Shown here one piece after another: positions 59,946 to 64,000 of a stretch of DNA of 64,000 nt. Made by a program: the position numbers and the translations under genes. Each line of letters begins with the position of its first letter. Within the stretch, counting starts at the first letter, position 1. The notes under the pieces were generated by a model. It was not told the DNA's origin. It was given only the letters and a program-made list of their open reading frames with translations, and did no database searches. This stretch comes from the human T2T-CHM13v2.0 reference genome, Homo sapiens: the NCBI RefSeq assembly GCF_009914755.1, contig NC_060934.1; one strand, written 5' to 3'.

Positions 59946-61219
59946 TTGTCCTCTTTGTATTTTTGGATTTATACAGTAGTTTCCAGGAAATGTAGAATTT
60001 GGTTTTAAACAAATATTTGATTAATAGATCTTTAATTGTATTTTTTAAATATAGAGATACACAAATTTTAGCAGGATTATCTTGAATCTCTGAAAAGTAA
60101 AACGAATCAAAGACAATTAAAGGCATTTTTTTTTTCTAAACCCCAGGCTTCTGGAGAGAAAGGCATTATTATATAAATGTTTTAAAAGATTATCTTTCTC
60201 CTTTATATCATCTTTGTTTTTACAAAACCTTGGGACCATACAATCATTTCTCATCCTATTCAATATAAACCACAAGACATTACAAAAAGGAATTGGTGTG
60301 TAAAACAGTTGGAATTGTAAACACAAAGATATTTAAAGAAAGAAAGCAATTGAGTTGCTAAACAGAAGAAAATTTAGCTAAAAGTAGTAATTCTGCCTTA
60401 TAGAAATAATAAAAATATTGTAAACTTCCTTTTAGTAAGATGTTTTCTCTATAATAAAAAAAATTAGTGAAAAGGAATTGGCATTCTCATATGAAAACTA
60501 TCTTTAAAATAACAAAACACTGACTGACTATAGGGATGCTTCTATCAGTAAGCCAATCCATGGATTATCTTTTTAAATTAAGGCTTCAAAATAGTTTCAA
60601 ATAAAAACGCTTCTTCAATTTTACTTTTAAGGTTAATGATATTAACAGTTATTATCTCTTCACTAGGCTCAAGGTACTTTTCTAAGTGTTCAATGTGATT
60701 CAAATCTTAACCCCAGTATTAACTGAGTATTAATAGTTTAACAACTAGGACACAGAGAAATCAAGACTCTTCCACAGATTCATTCTGTTAATGTGTAATT
60801 AGAGATGTGAACTCAGAGTCCCAAAATGCAGTTTTTGGGACTTTACACTTTACACTCAAACTAATCTACTATATCATAGTGAGGAAGCCTCTTGCCCATA
60901 TGAAGATGTCGGGTAAAAAGATTAATTTTTAGAAGAAATAATTATAAACCTGGAAGATAGAAATATTTTGACTGGTATAAAAATATCAATAAATGTTATT
61001 TTTCTACATTTAAGTTGTATCTGCTTGTATGGCATACCATCTCTTGCAATTCTGCCTGCCATGTTATTGATATGAGGAAATTTTGATGATATACATGGGC
61101 ACTCTTTTTATCTGGTCCTTTCTTTCCTCTAGCTGCCAAAATGTATCACTTATACCCTACTTCTGAGCCACCATATCTGCTGACATTATCCACTGTGCTC
61201 CTATTCTCTGTCTATTCTC

Positions 61220-61380
61220 TAGGCACATTGTCTAATAAAAGGTGGCTACTAGCTGCATATAGCTATTAAAAATTAAATTCATTAGCCTCAAATTTTAAAT
61301 TCAATTCCTTAGTCATACTCATCCCATTTCAACTGCTTAACACATACATGTGACTAGTGATTACCATTTTGAAGAGTGGA
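61220..61380. mobile_element. MER3-like hAT fragment (adjacent L2 remnants at about 61520-62220)
   Basis: TGTCTAATA..GCTACTAGCTGCATATAGCTATT...TTTCAACTGCTTAA..CATGTGACTAGTG. Confidence 0.6.
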
Positions 61381-63524
61381 TATATGGCTATCATCAGGGT
61401 AACTTTTGGGATAACAGAAACTTCTATTGGGTCATACCACTTTGCACTGAGAAACCTTCAAATCACAGTCTCCCTTTCAGCGGACGGAATAATAAAGCAA
61501 GAGGGAGAGCAAACTCATACCACTTTGCCTAGGAGAAACAATCTCAAACCACAATTCTCTTATATATGGATGTGACTCTCAAAGTATATCTCTAATCTAG
61601 ACCTTTCTCCTTAATTTCAGAACTGTATATCCAACTGACAATGGCAAAATTCTGCCTGAATCTTTTATAACATCTCAAACATATTCTATCTAAATCTAAA
61701 TACATTTCTTTCTACCCAGGAAACCTAATTTTCCTTTACCATATTCTATGTTGGTGCTGAGTCATTCATGAAAAAAACCCAGGTGTTTTATCTGACCTCC
61801 TATACTTCTTTATTCCTTACATCCAAATACCTACTAAGTGCCATCTGCTCTACTATGTAAATATATCCCAAATCCATTGAGAATTTTTAGCCCCACTGTC
61901 TCTATTCATCATCATCTACTATTTCCATCCACAGCATAGTTCTTCCCATGTCTAAATTCTGCTCATTCTCAGGTTCATTTTAAGTATAATCTTATGAATG
62001 GCACCTGCTCTTAGCATTAAGTATTATAGTATCTCTCAAATGATGGACACTCAATAAGTTGTTTTATGAACACATCATGTTAATACAGTGTTTACAAGTT
62101 TTCAATTGTTCCTTGAAGCTTTTCTTTGTTTATATCCTAAGTGCATAGGTTGGCATGCAGTAAATAAATGATCGAATGAATTAAGTGATTAAATGAATGA
62201 ATGAATTAATTAATTAATATGTAAAATCAAGCAAAGAGTAGGTACAATGAAACATGTCCAGCTTGCATTTAAATGTGATTTTGGTTTTGTTAACAACTGA
62301 AAAGCTCCAAAAATATATTTATGCAGGCTTATAGGAACATTCAAATCTGCTTAATGAGTTAATCATTACTTTTGTAGTGTTAAAAGAGGAGGGAACATCT
62401 AAGAAAATGTGTCCAGTTATTTCACATTTCCTTCAGGTTCTGGAGTAGACAGCAAACCAACCGTCAAAACTACTACTCTAAAGAACAGGACAAAATGGCT
62501 TCTAGCCTCTGTGATATGCTCTATTCACTCCAAAGACATAGTTAAGTAAAAAGAGATATGTCCTCAAAACCTGTAGGGACCTGTCGGCTACATAACTTTA
62601 TTCATAGTCATCCCCACTAAAAAATGCTTTTTCTCATATACCAAACAAGTGTGCAATACAGTAATAATTTAATTCTGTCTATTAATACTTTCAATCTGCT
62701 ATTATTGATACAGTTCCCACCATCTTCCTATGTAGATTTTGGCAAAAAAAGAAAAATTTAAAGTCATGTAAAGATCTGTTTTTCACTGCCCTGTGAAGTA
62801 ACTGCAAGAAAGATTTAAGGAATCTTACAAAAAAATACAACACAGCCTTTTCATTAGTGCAAAATGATTTCATTTTAACTCCTCTAAGGGCCTTTTACTA
62901 ATAAATTAATATTAGCTTCAATTAAAATAAAATCTTTCAGAAGCAAATGTTTAATTTCTGAAGTACAGATGGAAACTACTACTTTCTCACTCTAACAACA
63001 TAAATGAACTATTCAAAGCTGATATGTAATTCATTTCTCATTTCATTAGCTTAAACATCAGCTGTGGGTGTACTTTACTTACACTATGGACATATGGTTG
63101 CTTGGATCAAACTAGGAGTAAATTTTTTTAATGCTTTCAAGAAAATACAAAATGAGTATAAATAAGTAATCAGTTTATGGTAATTTAGGAAGAATAGCAA
63201 ATTGACAAGCCTGTCTTTACTCCATAATCTACCTAGGTTTTCAGAAAATGAGGTTTAGACATTAATATACAATCATGCTATAGAATTATTGATCAAAGAG
63301 AGGGATACCTTAAACACATCCATTCTAATCAATGGAAATGCCAGGTAGGATAAGCTGTTCTGAACTTTGGAGTGTAGATTTATCAAACAAAGGCGGCCTT
63401 TTGGTCAACACCCCGGCGACTTCAAAGTATCTTGTCTATTTTACACAGCCAAATTCAGAACCAGTTCTGAACTCTTTTGCAGCCTATACTTTCTCTGCCT
63501 ACTTTATTCAGAATAGACAGAATA

Positions 63525-63730
63525 ATAGCTACCATTCTCACTCATCTTGGCACTGTGCTAAGCATTTTAGATGCATGTCTCATAATCCTCACGGAAGCCC
63601 TGTAAGGCAGGAACTATTACTATCCTGATTTACCTATGAGGAAACTGAGGTCACATAGTTAATAAGAGATTGGCTGGTAATTGAGAATATAGAGCCAGCT
63701 CTCTGAACCCTAAATCTGCACTGCTTTCTT
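63525..63730 (-). mobile_element. MIR SINE
   Basis: GGCACTGTGCTAAGCATTTTA...AATCCTCAC...ATGAGGAAACTGAGG. Confidence 0.85.
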
Positions 63731-64000
63731 TTGATAAGTAAAGTCCATGGGGTTTCTGAATTGCTGCTCTCCTGGGGGAATTCATGATAATTTTCTGACA
63801 ATGCAGTTAACAGACCTACACAGCCAAGTTCTCCTAGGCCTTGAGCTTCTGTCTGGTAGTAGCCCAAAAATATTTCATCCCTTCTTAATCCTTGATAAAT
63901 TTATTATGTGCATTTGAAAGTAGGTGAGGATACATTATTATGGAATTAAATAGGTCAGAAAAGAATTCAGACTCATTACAATAATGATCTAAAAATGATA

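Noticed and set aside
59701-60126. 141-aa ORF as a stand-alone gene
   Set aside because: Only the 59767-59918 part is catenin-like, and it is bounded by splice sites. The rest is intronic read-through.

Overview
This window is primate (most likely human) genomic DNA: AT-rich, CpG-depleted and dense in Alu, L1, L2, MIR, LTR and MER repeats. It contains one convincing protein-coding exon, 59767-59918 on the minus strand (152 bp, AG/GT bounded). The exon encodes (V)IPEFVTQVNVALEALSKSSLNVLDDNQFVDISKKIYDTIHDIRCSVMMIR, which I recognise as alpha-T-catenin (CTNNA3, probably exon 13). Everything else appears to be intron of this very large gene. The main inserted elements are two decayed near-full-length L1MA elements, a decayed ERV1 provirus (LTR-gag-pro-RT-deletion-env TM-truncated LTR), several solo LTRs with readable target-site duplications (TSDs), nine Alu/FLAM copies and DNA-transposon fossils. 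The other ORFs in the track are repeat-derived or chance. I found no evidence for a new biological system. The most noteworthy observations are local rearrangements: a 140-bp templated copy that crosses repeat boundaries and preserves an ancestral TSD, an L1 5'UTR piece embedded in ORF1, an RT-less L1, and several tandem duplications. Repeat subfamily names are from memory of consensus sequences. Boundaries of old repeats are approximate (tens of bp).
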